Virus record (IMG/VR): IMGVR_UViG_3300013099_000022
Direction: 5' to 3' (one strand)
DNA: 61,930 bases
Source of the DNA: a virus
Positions 1-9,411 of this stretch are shown here, one piece after another. The first letter of the stretch is position 1. The number at the start of each line of letters is the position of its first letter. Below the pieces are notes generated by a model. It was given only the letters and a program-made list of their open reading frames with translations. It was not told where the DNA came from and made no database searches. The position numbers and the translations under genes are program-made.

Positions 1-109
1 CATAACAACTCCAATCTATCACGTCTCCACCAGATTCAGGTTCAATTTTTATAGCTTTTAAAGTATGTCCTAATAAGAATCCTAAATCACCAATTTTAGT
101 TTTTTTCAT
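1..109 (-). CDS. Partial hypothetical protein (N-terminal part only; ATG at 107-109, continues beyond the window edge)
   Basis: Reverse complement of 1-109 reads ATG AAA AAA ACT AAA ATT GGT... (MKKTKIGDLGFLLGHTLKAIKIEPESGGDV...) in an open frame; overlaps the stop of the next gene by 4 nt. Confidence 0.3.
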   Translation of the reverse strand, partial: MKKTKIGDLGFLLGHTLKAIKIEPESGGDVIDWSCY

Positions 110-408
110 TTCTTTAATCCCCATATATCACCAAATAACTTAGTTAATATTTCAAATTCTTCAGGTTTGTTTACTTTAAATTTTCTAGCAGTTTTTTCTC
201 CAAACATTGTACATAAAACTTTTCTTAATTCTCTATTACTAAATGATTGTTTTATTGAAGCAATGATTGGATCTGAATATTTTTTTATATTTTTAGAATC
301 ACCTAATTCTATAATTAAAGTTATTGCAGTTGGTATATTCAAATAAATCATTTTTTGTTTTTCTGGTATTGTTGTTTCTTTTTTTCCACCTAAACTTACA
401 TCAGCCAT
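106..408 (-). CDS. Hypothetical protein (100 aa)
   Basis: ORF track; tightly packed with flanking minus-strand genes; no recognisable motif. Confidence 0.45.
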   Translation of the reverse strand: MADVSLGGKKETTIPEKQKMIYLNIPTAITLIIELGDSKNIKKYSDPIIASIKQSFSNRELRKVLCTMFGEKTARKFKVNKPEEFEILTKLFGDIWGLKK

Positions 409-411
409 TTT

Positions 412-1407
412 TTATTCTCCTATACTATCAATTATTATTTTTGCTTGTTCTATATAAGCATCATGATATTCTTCTGGAATCTCTTTAATTTTTAAATAAG
501 ATTTTAACTTATCTTCTGTAGACATTGAACTATTAATTCCTCTATTAGTTATATCTTTAATTGTTCTATCAACAATCTGAAAACTATCTTCTATATCAGA
601 AAAATTAGTTTCATCGATTTTTAATAATTTTATAAAATGTCCCTGTTTTTTAAGTTTCTTTGCTTCTTTTAATACTTCATCTTTATTATCTTTATCAATT
701 TCTAATTCAACATGTTTTTGATAACCTTTAGTTAGAACAGATTCAATTGTATGTTTTTTAGAATCAATAACTAAAAATCTCTTTTTCTCTCCCTTCTCTC
801 CCCAGTCTAATTGAATAATAGATCCAGGGATTATAACATTTCCTATTTCTTGAGGTAAATGATAATGCCCAATAAAACATTTTTTAAAGTGTTTTAAATC
901 TTTCATTCCAATATCTGAAACAATAGAAATACCTGAGTTTAGCATAGCTTCATTTAAACCAAAATGAGAAACTAGATAATCCATTTTAGAATCTTTAATA
1001 TCTTTTTTCATTTTCTTTGGATGCCATGGAACAAATGATATATTTCCAATTTCTCGTGTTTCATGTATCATAATAACATTTGGTTCATTATCAAGACATT
1101 TAAGAGCAGACACACCATCTCCAGATTTACTAGACATATCATGATTTCCATCAATAATTATAAATATTATATCTGGATGACTTCTTACATAATCTAATAA
1201 CATTGATTGAGCAAGAGAATGTATAATACTTTTAGTATGAAATGTATCTCCAGCTATAGCAATATGTTGTATATTATTATCTTTAGCATATTGAGCAATA
1301 TCATTTAATACTTTATTAATATAATACATTCTTCTGGGAATACCCTCAATTATATTGTCCTGACTATATAAGCTTAAATGCACATCAGCTATACAAATAA
1401 ATTTCAT
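412..1407 (-). CDS. Calcineurin-like metallophosphoesterase, SbcD/Mre11-like nuclease
   Basis: Phosphoesterase motifs in order: ADVHLS (D-x-H), GDTFH (GDxxH), GNHD (GNH[DE]), FIGHYH; typical of Mre11/SbcD and T4 gp47. Confidence 0.6.
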   Translation of the reverse strand: MKFICIADVHLSLYSQDNIIEGIPRRMYYINKVLNDIAQYAKDNNIQHIAIAGDTFHTKSIIHSLAQSMLLDYVRSHPDIIFIIIDGNHDMSSKSGDGVSALKCLDNEPNVIMIHETREIGNISFVPWHPKKMKKDIKDSKMDYLVSHFGLNEAMLNSGISIVSDIGMKDLKHFKKCFIGHYHLPQEIGNVIIPGSIIQLDWGEKGEKKRFLVIDSKKHTIESVLTKGYQKHVELEIDKDNKDEVLKEAKKLKKQGHFIKLLKIDETNFSDIEDSFQIVDRTIKDITNRGINSSMSTEDKLKSYLKIKEIPEEYHDAYIEQAKIIIDSIGE

Positions 1408-1610
1408 ATCTTTTTTCTCCTTTTTCTTCTTGGTAATCTAACTTTAACTTTTATTTCTTCTGGGGTTTTTAAAATAAATCTAATTCTATCCTCACATCTT
1501 TCACTACATGTTGGTTTAACTAAACATTTTTCACATGGATCAAAACTAGGCGCTGCGCCTATTAAATATGGATTAATTTTTAGCACTTTTTTTCTCCATA
1601 TAATGTTCAT
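1404..1610 (-). CDS. Small Cys-motif protein (DPCxxCLVxPxCxExC family, 4 paralogs in window), basic C-terminal tail
   Basis: DPCEKCLVKPTCSERCED motif shared with ORFs at 14802-14978, 53036-53272 and 53555-53848; RRKRRKK tail. Confidence 0.5.
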   Translation of the reverse strand: MNIIWRKKVLKINPYLIGAAPSFDPCEKCLVKPTCSERCEDRIRFILKTPEEIKVKVRLPRRKRRKKI

Positions 1611-1800
1611 AAGTTACAACAGTAATAGCAAATATTATAAGACCAATTATAACAATTCCACATGTCCAAAGAAATATTGCCAAAGGTAACCATAGTGGAG
1701 ATATTACCCATATCCAAGACCAATCTATAACGTTTATTAATTTTAATGTTATAAATAAAATAGTCAACAATCCCATAAAATTTATTCCTGTATTGTTCAT
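1573..1800 (-). CDS. Small membrane protein (two predicted TM helices)
   Basis: 75 aa, two long hydrophobic stretches (LLTILFITLKLI..., IFLWTCGIVIIGLIIFAITVV). Confidence 0.4.
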   Translation of the reverse strand: MNNTGINFMGLLTILFITLKLINVIDWSWIWVISPLWLPLAIFLWTCGIVIIGLIIFAITVVTYEHYMEKKSAKN

Positions 1801-1804
1801 ATTT

Positions 1805-3232
1805 TTATTCTCCTTTTATCATCATAAAAGCATCTTCTTCCTTTATATTAAATTGTTTATATGTAAACTGATTAATAAACATATATTTAATTTTCCATCC
1901 TTTTTTATCATAATAATTTTTTCTATCCCAAAAAGAACTTCTAATATATTCACTCCCTATATCAACCATATCTAATATTATAGGAGTTTTTTTATTATGT
2001 TTTTTATGGATTCTAGTTATTCTTCCGCTTAATTGTTCTATATTTTTAACTGGTGATGTTATTAATAAAGAATCTTTATGTGGAACATCAATCCCATCTC
2101 GTATTTTACCAGGTGTTGAAAATGTAATTCTCTTTTCAAGTTCATCTAAATCAGATCCTGCTATAAATTTAGATTTATCTTCATAAGGCATCCAATCAAA
2201 TAAAATATTTATCATTTTATCCACACGTTCTGATATAAATAATAAATTTCTATCCTTAGATAATTTCATTAACAAAGCTTTAACTAAATCCATAAACACT
2301 TTTGAATTTTTCATTATGTTTAAATATCTAGATCTTTGAAAATTACCCTCCCAATTTAAATATTTAAATCTTCTTGGTGTATCAATATCAAAATCAACTA
2401 ATATAAATGTAACCTCAGCTGGCATTGTATCATCATCACTATCACTTTCTAACATATCTCCTAAATGATATTTAATAATATCTGTATTACCATCATTTCT
2501 ATATGGTGTTGCGCTTAATCCATATGTAACTCTAGAAGGCATATGTAATGAACATTTTGAAAAAGTTGGAGCACCTACTGTAGTATGTAATTCATCAAAT
2601 ATAGAAATTCCAATATTAGCTTTATGTAGAGTAGTCAAATATTCAAGAGGAAATCTTTTTAATATTGATGTTATTGTTTGTGATGTTGATATTATGACTG
2701 GAGATTCCATTAATTGTTCTTCAAATTTAGCTGAATTTAATAAAGCAATATCATTCATTTCTAAATTGCTATGTTCTAATAATCTTTTTCTCCATTGTTT
2801 GTCAAGACTATCTCTATGAACAACTATTATTGCTTTCTTTTTCCTTGTAGCTATCATATAGATACTAATGACCGTTTTACCCATCCCTGGACCCAGTTTA
2901 ATCATTCCATTATTATTAGCATTCATATAATCTATAGCTAATATTTGGGTATCATTCCTTGGTATAATGTTATGTTCTATTTTAATATCTTCCCCTTCAT
3001 GAGTATTATCAACAATGGTCACCTCATCATTATCAATATACTCATGAATTGGGAAGAAACGTGGGATAGTTAGAAACTTTTTGGATTCTGAAAAGAATGT
3101 TTGTGTTTCCAATAACGGAGAGTTATACATTCTTTGATATCTGAAAAGATGAGCCCTTATCAAATGGAACCAACTCTCATTTTCATATGTTTTTGGAATT
3201 ACAATACCAGATCTCCTACTAAGCTCAATCAT
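1805..3232 (-). CDS. Superfamily 2 DExH-box helicase
   Basis: Walker A GPGMGKT, DExH box FDELHT, motif III SAT, motif VI QLSGRITR. Confidence 0.8.
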   Translation of the reverse strand: MIELSRRSGIVIPKTYENESWFHLIRAHLFRYQRMYNSPLLETQTFFSESKKFLTIPRFFPIHEYIDNDEVTIVDNTHEGEDIKIEHNIIPRNDTQILAIDYMNANNNGMIKLGPGMGKTVISIYMIATRKKKAIIVVHRDSLDKQWRKRLLEHSNLEMNDIALLNSAKFEEQLMESPVIISTSQTITSILKRFPLEYLTTLHKANIGISIFDELHTTVGAPTFSKCSLHMPSRVTYGLSATPYRNDGNTDIIKYHLGDMLESDSDDDTMPAEVTFILVDFDIDTPRRFKYLNWEGNFQRSRYLNIMKNSKVFMDLVKALLMKLSKDRNLLFISERVDKMINILFDWMPYEDKSKFIAGSDLDELEKRITFSTPGKIRDGIDVPHKDSLLITSPVKNIEQLSGRITRIHKKHNKKTPIILDMVDIGSEYIRSSFWDRKNYYDKKGWKIKYMFINQFTYKQFNIKEEDAFMMIKGE

Positions 3233-3235
3233 AAT

Positions 3236-3664
3236 TTACTCCGAATATTCTGCCATTGAATCATCACTCTCCCAAACCCTAACAAGATCAAGATACACAT
3301 CTATATTTTTTACTTTAAATATTTCAGTTAAAGCTTTATATATATATTTGCTAAATACTTCTGCAGTAGGATCTTCATTTGCCAAACTAATAAATTCTAA
3401 TTTATAATCTTGTTTTATTATATGATCTATATTTGCACGATCTGTTGGATTTAATACAGTTGCATGATCAAATCTATCTAAGAATGCATTAGTTAATACT
3501 TTTAAATCATGAAAATCTATAACCATATCATTCTTATCAAGTTTTTCAGTTGATAATTGTACTTCTATAACATAATTGTGACCATGCATATTATGACAAG
3601 CACCTTTATGTTTACTTAGTCTATGACCAGATGGTAATTTAAATCTTTTCATTACTTTATACAT
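3236..3664 (-). CDS. queD: 6-carboxytetrahydropterin / 6-pyruvoyl-tetrahydropterin synthase family protein (QueD/PTPS-like)
   Basis: 142 aa; hallmark Zn-binding CxxxHGH motif (CHNMHGHNY) plus conserved acidic/His residues typical of the QueD/PTPS fold. Confidence 0.6.
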   Translation of the reverse strand: MYKVMKRFKLPSGHRLSKHKGACHNMHGHNYVIEVQLSTEKLDKNDMVIDFHDLKVLTNAFLDRFDHATVLNPTDRANIDHIIKQDYKLEFISLANEDPTAEVFSKYIYKALTEIFKVKNIDVYLDLVRVWESDDSMAEYSE

Positions 3665-3688
3665 TATAAGAATTTCCTCCTTTTTAAA

Positions 3689-4144
3689 TTAAGCATATTG
3701 AGCACTTATATATCCATCTTTACCTTTAATAATATTTTCCAGAGTATAAGTAGTACTATTAATTTCAAATTCTTCAGGAAATTTATCAATCACTTCATTA
3801 GAAATGTATGCTTTAATCTTACCATTAGATAATTTTTTACCAGATAAATCAATACCAGCAATAAATTTATTAAATTTATTAATGTCATTAACTACTTTTT
3901 TATTATCACTATTACTATTATTTCCAAATAATATATCATGTTCTGAATCAAATATTTTTAAATCAATCACTTCAATAAAATCATCATATTCATTTAATCT
4001 TATGTAAGTAATATATTTTATATTATTAACAAATTTTTCTTCTACTTTAAAAGTTTTTGTTTGTTCATTAATAGGATTTAAGTAATTAAATATTACTTTC
4101 TTATTATAGAAACTCCCAACTTTTTTTATTATTTTATTTATCAT
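3689..4144 (-). CDS. Hypothetical protein (151 aa)
   Basis: ORF track; ATGA-type overlap with downstream gene indicates operon coupling. Confidence 0.45.
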   Translation of the reverse strand: MINKIIKKVGSFYNKKVIFNYLNPINEQTKTFKVEEKFVNNIKYITYIRLNEYDDFIEVIDLKIFDSEHDILFGNNSNSDNKKVVNDINKFNKFIAGIDLSGKKLSNGKIKAYISNEVIDKFPEEFEINSTTYTLENIIKGKDGYISAQYA

Positions 4145-4413
4145 ATTTTAACGTCTCCATTTAATTCTTTTTTGAAATCTTCATAACCAGAAACGACTCT
4201 TCTATAAAATTCTAATTTGGAACATTCTAATGCACCAATACAATCATTAATAGTTTGATATGACTTATCATGTTTCTTTAAATAATGCTTTATTAAAACA
4301 GTAAAACAATAATTTAATTCACCTGGATGATCTAACATTTGACCAATTTCATATAAATACCCATTAAATTCTTCTCTATCTTCTTGTTTAATATAAGGCA
4401 TATCATTCCTCAC
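4141..4413 (-). CDS. Hypothetical protein (90 aa)
   Basis: ORF track; overlaps neighbours by a few nt. Confidence 0.4.
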   Translation of the reverse strand: MRNDMPYIKQEDREEFNGYLYEIGQMLDHPGELNYCFTVLIKHYLKKHDKSYQTINDCIGALECSKLEFYRRVVSGYEDFKKELNGDVKI

Positions 4414-4714
4414 AATCTATAGATTTAATATCACCCCATGTATCAATTTCTCCAATATGATATACTTTTCCATTTATATGAATTATTTTTTTACCATCCA
4501 AACATTCAATATCACTTAATACTGATTTTGTTGTAATAATTTCATCCGTGTTTGATTCTTGTTTGAATTCTTTAATCAAACTTCCAGTTTTTTGAGCAAC
4601 TTTTTCACTTTCCATAAAATCAAAAAATGCTGGAACAGCAACAGATCCTAAAAAACCTATAATTGATATAGTTATCAGCGCTTCAATTAATGTAAATCCT
4701 TTCTGTTTGTTCAT
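4403..4714 (-). CDS. Type IV prepilin-like (pseudopilin-like) protein; start re-assigned to the internal Met (MNKQKG-FTLIE...)
   Basis: Canonical class III signal: short basic leader MNKQKG followed by FTLIEALITISIIGFLGSVAVP (Gly-1, Phe+1, Glu+5, about 20 hydrophobic residues); C-terminal domain paralogous to 4725-5051. Confidence 0.5.
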   Translation of the reverse strand: MNKQKGFTLIEALITISIIGFLGSVAVPAFFDFMESEKVAQKTGSLIKEFKQESNTDEIITTKSVLSDIECLDGKKIIHINGKVYHIGEIDTWGDIKSIDCEE

Positions 4715-4724
4715 ATTTTTACTC

Positions 4725-5051
4725 CTATTTATTCTCACAATTAACTCCTTGTATATCACCCCATGAATCAATAGTTCCATGATAATAAATTATTCCATTA
4801 ACAATTATAACTTTTTTCCCACTAACACATGTTGAAATTATATTGCTATTTAATGGAATAACTTTTGGTTTATTTTCTCGTTCTACCTTGACTACTTTCA
4901 TTGCATCTCGAAATTCATCCATAACTTTTTCTTTGGTTTCGTTTTCTTTGGTTATAAATTGACTAACCGCAAACGCCACTCCAAAGAATATTAATCCAAA
5001 TACAATTAAATTTATTAAAGCTTTTACTCTTCTCACTGTTGATACATACAT
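4725..5051 (-). CDS. Membrane-anchored paralog of the pilin-like protein (shared C-terminal domain)
   Basis: N-terminal TM helix LINLIVFGLIFFGVAFAV; C-terminal IVNGIIYYHGTIDSWGDIQGVNCE aligns with INGKVYHIGEIDTWGDIKSIDCEE of 4403-4714. Confidence 0.5.
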   Translation of the reverse strand: MYVSTVRRVKALINLIVFGLIFFGVAFAVSQFITKENETKEKVMDEFRDAMKVVKVERENKPKVIPLNSNIISTCVSGKKVIIVNGIIYYHGTIDSWGDIQGVNCENK

Positions 5052-5060
5052 ATTTGTCTC

Positions 5061-6383
5061 CTAATATTGAGCTAAAACAAATTTATCTAATTGATTTAAA
5101 TTATTTTGAACCTCAACTAATTTATCATTTAAATCTTTAGTATCAGTTTTAAAAGTCAATAGTCTTTGAATTCTATATTTAGCTATTAATTCTTTAACAA
5201 TATCTTCTGGAACTTTGCTTTTAATAGATATATCTTTAATAACATAAGGTAATTCTTTTTTAGTTAATTTAGATCCTTTTTTACCTATAACTTCTACTAA
5301 AGGATCTTTAATTTTATCAAGATAATCCATTTCAAGAATAGAATCATTAATTTTAACTACTTCAGATGTTAACATCCTTTTATTAGCTTGAGTATACATA
5401 TTATAAGTATTTATAAGCATATCATCAATAGATGTTACCTTAACATTTTTTTGTTTATCAACTGTTATTGTTTCAAACGATACAGAACCTTTAAGAGCAG
5501 ACTTAACATTCTTGGTTAACAAGTTAAATATTTTTTGTCTATTTCTTTGTTTTAATACTGTAAATATAATAGTTGTTCCTGTTTTACCAGTTGAAGAATC
5601 AATAAACCCAACATCTGCATTTGTCAATTGTTTTTTAATTGGAGCTTTATTTAGTATAGATTCAAATCTTTTTCCTGGAGGCCATGACTTAACTATAATT
5701 TTACATTGTGCATTACTAACACTAACAACACCATTTAAATCAATTTTAGCTTTTCCAACATTTAATAATTGTTGTAAATCAGCTTTAGTTGCTGTTATTT
5801 TACAATCTGTTTTTGGTTGTATTATAGGTTCTGGAGTTTTCTTATTATTTAATAACCATAACAATCTTTTCTTTAAATCTTCCATCTCAAAACAAGGAAT
5901 ATAAGTTCTATAACCAAACCCTATACCTTGTGTATATTCATTACCCATTAAACAAAATGGATATTTGGTTGGAAGATAATCTGGTTCATCATCTAATTCA
6001 CTTTCTGACCATGGAACATGTTTAATTAAATTAAATGCCATATCAATGGTGTCTTTTGACAATTTAGCTTCAGTGTATCTTGATGCCGCAGCACCCAATG
6101 GATCCACACCAAAATTAGTACCCCAGTTACCCTGACCTGTTATAAATCCCTGCTTTACCATTTGAACTATTGTGCCATACGCTCCGGAATGTGGATGTAA
6201 TTTAGCCATACACGTTCCTTCAATTCTAGCACTTTTCACAAACTTTTCTCTAGCAATCCAATATGCAGTCAATAAAATTCGTCTCTCAACTGGTTTTAAA
6301 CCATCCAAATCTAATGGGAGAGAACGAAAATTATTAACATACAAACCGTACCTTCTATAAGCTTGAGGTACTAATTTATCCAT
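5061..6383 (-). CDS. Type II DNA topoisomerase, GyrA-like breakage-reunion subunit (T4 gp52-like)
   Basis: DGLKPVERRIL near N-terminus, KSARIEG...HPHSGAYGTIV, AAASRYTEAKL with catalytic Tyr in RYTE context; 440 aa like T4 gp52. Confidence 0.85.
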   Translation of the reverse strand: MDKLVPQAYRRYGLYVNNFRSLPLDLDGLKPVERRILLTAYWIAREKFVKSARIEGTCMAKLHPHSGAYGTIVQMVKQGFITGQGNWGTNFGVDPLGAAASRYTEAKLSKDTIDMAFNLIKHVPWSESELDDEPDYLPTKYPFCLMGNEYTQGIGFGYRTYIPCFEMEDLKKRLLWLLNNKKTPEPIIQPKTDCKITATKADLQQLLNVGKAKIDLNGVVSVSNAQCKIIVKSWPPGKRFESILNKAPIKKQLTNADVGFIDSSTGKTGTTIIFTVLKQRNRQKIFNLLTKNVKSALKGSVSFETITVDKQKNVKVTSIDDMLINTYNMYTQANKRMLTSEVVKINDSILEMDYLDKIKDPLVEVIGKKGSKLTKKELPYVIKDISIKSKVPEDIVKELIAKYRIQRLLTFKTDTKDLNDKLVEVQNNLNQLDKFVLAQY

Positions 6384-6386
6384 ATA

Positions 6387-6695
6387 CTATTCCTTTCTAG
6401 TTTTAACTACAAATTTTATATTTTGTAATTCTTCATCCGTTTCTTCTCTATTTCTAAAATATTCTGTTAAAAAATTCTCTTTTTTAGATTCCAACACTTC
6501 TCCTATATAAACATCCTTAATATAAACATCAAATAAGAATTCATTTTTAATCTCTTCCCATACTTTTTTATATTCTTTATTGAATCCACATTTTGAACAT
6601 TTAATTGTTTTAAATTCAATAGAATTAGAAAGTTTTTCTTCACACTCATCATATCCACATTCTGGACACTTAATATAACCCATCATTGATCCCAT
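6387..6695 (-). CDS. Small zinc-ribbon protein between topoisomerase subunits
   Basis: CPECGYDEC...CSKCGF two CxxC pairs; position analogous to T4 gene 60 region. Confidence 0.4.
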   Translation of the reverse strand: MGSMMGYIKCPECGYDECEEKLSNSIEFKTIKCSKCGFNKEYKKVWEEIKNEFLFDVYIKDVYIGEVLESKKENFLTEYFRNREETDEELQNIKFVVKTRKE

Positions 6696-6710
6696 AAATT
6701 ATCCTTTCAA

Positions 6711-6986
6711 TTAATAACTATTTATAAATCTAATAATTTTAACATCTTTAGGAAGATCTGTTATATCAACTTCAAATCCCTCTTCCATATCTCCACCACA
6801 AGGTTTAGTAATATCCTTTAAATCAATATGTACTCCTTTTTCATCAGGTGGTTCGCCATCAAAAAAGTCATCTACTTCATCTGGAATTTCTACATCAGAT
6901 TCTTGACATAATTTATAAATATCTAGCATTTTTTTAAACTTTTCATCAGCTGGTTTTATACCATAAACATAACTATACATTCCCAT
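6711..6986 (-). CDS. Small acidic hypothetical protein
   Basis: 91 aa, D/E-rich. Confidence 0.35.
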   Translation of the reverse strand: MGMYSYVYGIKPADEKFKKMLDIYKLCQESDVEIPDEVDDFFDGEPPDEKGVHIDLKDITKPCGGDMEEGFEVDITDLPKDVKIIRFINSY

Positions 6987-7005
6987 ATTAATTTCCTTTC
7001 TTTTT

Positions 7006-8820
7006 TTATATTATCCAAGTTCCAGCTAATAGTTTTCTTTTTTCATCAGAACTAGTAAATAATTTAACCATTTTATTCATATCACTAGTATAATCAACTT
7101 TAATTAATCTTCTAGTTTTATCATCAATTAAAACAGTTTTTAATTGAGATGGATTCATTTCTCCTAAACCTTTAATTCTAAGAAGATGTTTTTTCTCATT
7201 TTTAGCTTTACTTACATCTTCTTGTGTCCATAATGGTGTAAATATATTTTTTTCATTTATTGCATACAATGGAGTTTCAGCATAATAATAATGACCATTC
7301 TTAATAATATCAGGTACAAGAATTGCTAATGCTAAAGTTAAAAGTGCAAAGATATGCAGTCCATCATCATCAGCATCTGTTGCACATATTATCTTACTAT
7401 ATTTTAATGCTGTTATATCAAATGTTGGACCAACTCCAGTTCCCAATGAACCTATCAATTCACCTATTTCTTTATTTTTTAAAATATCTTTAGATGTTGC
7501 TGCACTTGGTATCTTACCTTTTAATGGTAATATAGCATGTTTTCTAGGATCTCTACTTGTTACAAGACCACCAGCTGCAGATTCACCCTCAGCAACAAAT
7601 AATTCACCAAACTTACTAGTACAATCTCTTAATTTTGTAAATTTAGTAGAAACTCTTTTACCCGCTGGAGAGCTTTTAATTTTCTTAGCATCTAATATTG
7701 ATCTATATGTTTGAAAATGATCCAATAATTTTTCTAAATCACTTTCTCCATCTTTACTTTTCTTCTTATTATTATTAAAATGAGTTTCTAATTGATTTTT
7801 AATTTGAGAAGCAAATCTATGCATCTCACCTTTTGAGTTAGTTAATCTATCTTTTGTTTGACCTGCAAATTTTGGTGATTTTAAACTTAACATTATATAA
7901 GCTTTTAAACCTACTAGACAATCTTGAGGTTCAAATTTATATCCAAGTCTTTTACCTTTCGTTGAAAAATAATCTTTAATTATTTCATATAGATAATTAA
8001 CATGTGTACCACCAGTATCAACTGGCAATAGATTAACAGATGATAATACTCGTGGGGTAATTGTACCACTTTTTGCATATGATAAAATTACATTAAATGA
8101 TTCTGGTTTTATAGATGATTTAAAGAAAACATAGTCAATTATTTTATTATTACCTTGCATACATCTTTTTATAAAATAATCTTCAATAGTTAACTTCATT
8201 ATTTCTTTTTCTTTATCAACTATCATCACAAAAGTTACGTCTGGCATCTCAGCAGATGCTATTTGCAATCTCTTTTTAATTCTACTTAAATTGGGTATTA
8301 TTACATCAAATATTTTTTTAGATGGTTTAAATTCAATTTTAGTTGAAAATGGGGCTTCTCCTTTAAATTTTTCTATTTTCTTTTTCTTTAATTTACCTTT
8401 GACAAAATCAAATTTAGCATGTTTATTATTTCTATATATTTCAACATTATAAAAATCACTCAAGGCATTTGCACAAACTAAACCAACTCCATGTAAACCG
8501 CTAGCTATTTCATACGCTGATTTTTTATCCTGAAATTTAGCTCCAGAGAATAATTCAGTTGAAATAATAATTGGTACATCTTTTGATATTGGTATACCTC
8601 TACCATTATCAATTACAGAGCAAATATTAGTTTTAGTGTCAATAGTAACAGCTATGATACTAACATGACCGCCTTGAGCTTCATCTAGAGCATTATCTAG
8701 AGCTTCCTCAATCAGGTGATGTGGATCGTCAGTTGGACCAATCCACATACCTGGAGAAATCTGTATCTGCTCCATTGGTTCTAATTTTCTTATATCATCA
8801 GCAGTATACGATTTTGACAT
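7006..8820 (-). CDS. Type II DNA topoisomerase, GyrB-like ATPase plus TOPRIM subunit (T4 gp39-like)
   Basis: GHKL ATPase N-box EEALDNALDE, GLHGVG, TOPRIM AEGESAAGG and ICATDADDDGLHI motifs. Confidence 0.85.
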   Translation of the reverse strand: MSKSYTADDIRKLEPMEQIQISPGMWIGPTDDPHHLIEEALDNALDEAQGGHVSIIAVTIDTKTNICSVIDNGRGIPISKDVPIIISTELFSGAKFQDKKSAYEIASGLHGVGLVCANALSDFYNVEIYRNNKHAKFDFVKGKLKKKKIEKFKGEAPFSTKIEFKPSKKIFDVIIPNLSRIKKRLQIASAEMPDVTFVMIVDKEKEIMKLTIEDYFIKRCMQGNNKIIDYVFFKSSIKPESFNVILSYAKSGTITPRVLSSVNLLPVDTGGTHVNYLYEIIKDYFSTKGKRLGYKFEPQDCLVGLKAYIMLSLKSPKFAGQTKDRLTNSKGEMHRFASQIKNQLETHFNNNKKKSKDGESDLEKLLDHFQTYRSILDAKKIKSSPAGKRVSTKFTKLRDCTSKFGELFVAEGESAAGGLVTSRDPRKHAILPLKGKIPSAATSKDILKNKEIGELIGSLGTGVGPTFDITALKYSKIICATDADDDGLHIFALLTLALAILVPDIIKNGHYYYAETPLYAINEKNIFTPLWTQEDVSKAKNEKKHLLRIKGLGEMNPSQLKTVLIDDKTRRLIKVDYTSDMNKMVKLFTSSDEKRKLLAGTWII

Positions 8821-8824
8821 ATGT

Positions 8825-9187
8825 TTATCCTTTAACCTTTGGGTCTTCTAATAAATGTTTTTCATAATCAGTTAATTCTGGTTGCCACTCACATTTAAAT
8901 TTAAATTTTTCATCAATGAAAAGATTTTTTCTATTAATTTCACCAAATGATTGTTCTTTTCTATATGATTTAGCACATCTATCATTAGATAGATCTCTAC
9001 CCTCTCTTCTTACAAACTGATCATCTCTACTACAAATTGCAACACCTCTAGAACATTGACCTAATTCATTTTGAAAAACTGTAACAGTTGTTATTGGAAA
9101 TTTGCCAAGTTTCATTGCTTTGGTTCCATCTTCTTGTTTTTGCATAAAATGTCGTTCTTGCTTCATATAGTATAATATCTGTTTCAT
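8825..9187 (-). CDS. Hypothetical protein (120 aa)
   Basis: ORF track only. Confidence 0.4.
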   Translation of the reverse strand: MKQILYYMKQERHFMQKQEDGTKAMKLGKFPITTVTVFQNELGQCSRGVAICSRDDQFVRREGRDLSNDRCAKSYRKEQSFGEINRKNLFIDEKFKFKCEWQPELTDYEKHLLEDPKVKG

Positions 9188-9411
9188 GTTTGTTCCTTTC
9201 TTTTTAATTCTATTCTCGCTTCACATTCGTTATCCTTTGAGATTGATTCTAATGTTATTTTTGATACAATATGTCCAAACATCATTTCACCAACTTTTGG
9301 TATTCTTTCTAAAAACATTTCAGTTTTAGTTCCGTCTGGATATATTATATCAACATCATAATCAATCTTTCTCTCATCAAAAACTTCATCATAAAATTCA
9401 GCCATAATCAA
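9184..9411 (-). CDS. Hypothetical protein (75 aa)
   Basis: ORF track; 4-nt overlaps with both neighbours. Confidence 0.35.
   Translation of the reverse strand: MIMAEFYDEVFDERKIDYDVDIIYPDGTKTEMFLERIPKVGEMMFGHIVSKITLESISKDNECEARIELKRKEQT

Noticed and set aside
412-1407. Expectation of an adjacent SbcC/Rad50 (gp46-like) ATPase partner for the SbcD-like nuclease
   Set aside because: Neighbouring ORFs are small (68-100 aa) with no Walker A or coiled-coil ABC-ATPase features; the partner, if any, is not in this window, so the SbcD call is kept generic (metallophosphoesterase).
5512-5904. Plus-strand ORFs throughout the track (e.g. 1378-1689, 5512-5904, 10414-10743, 12154-12345, 22044-22484, 49166-49612)
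   Set aside because: They lie entirely inside longer minus-strand genes with clear homology, are Phe/Leu/Ile-rich low-complexity translations typical of the antisense of AT-rich coding DNA, and have no motifs or RBS; treated as shadow ORFs.
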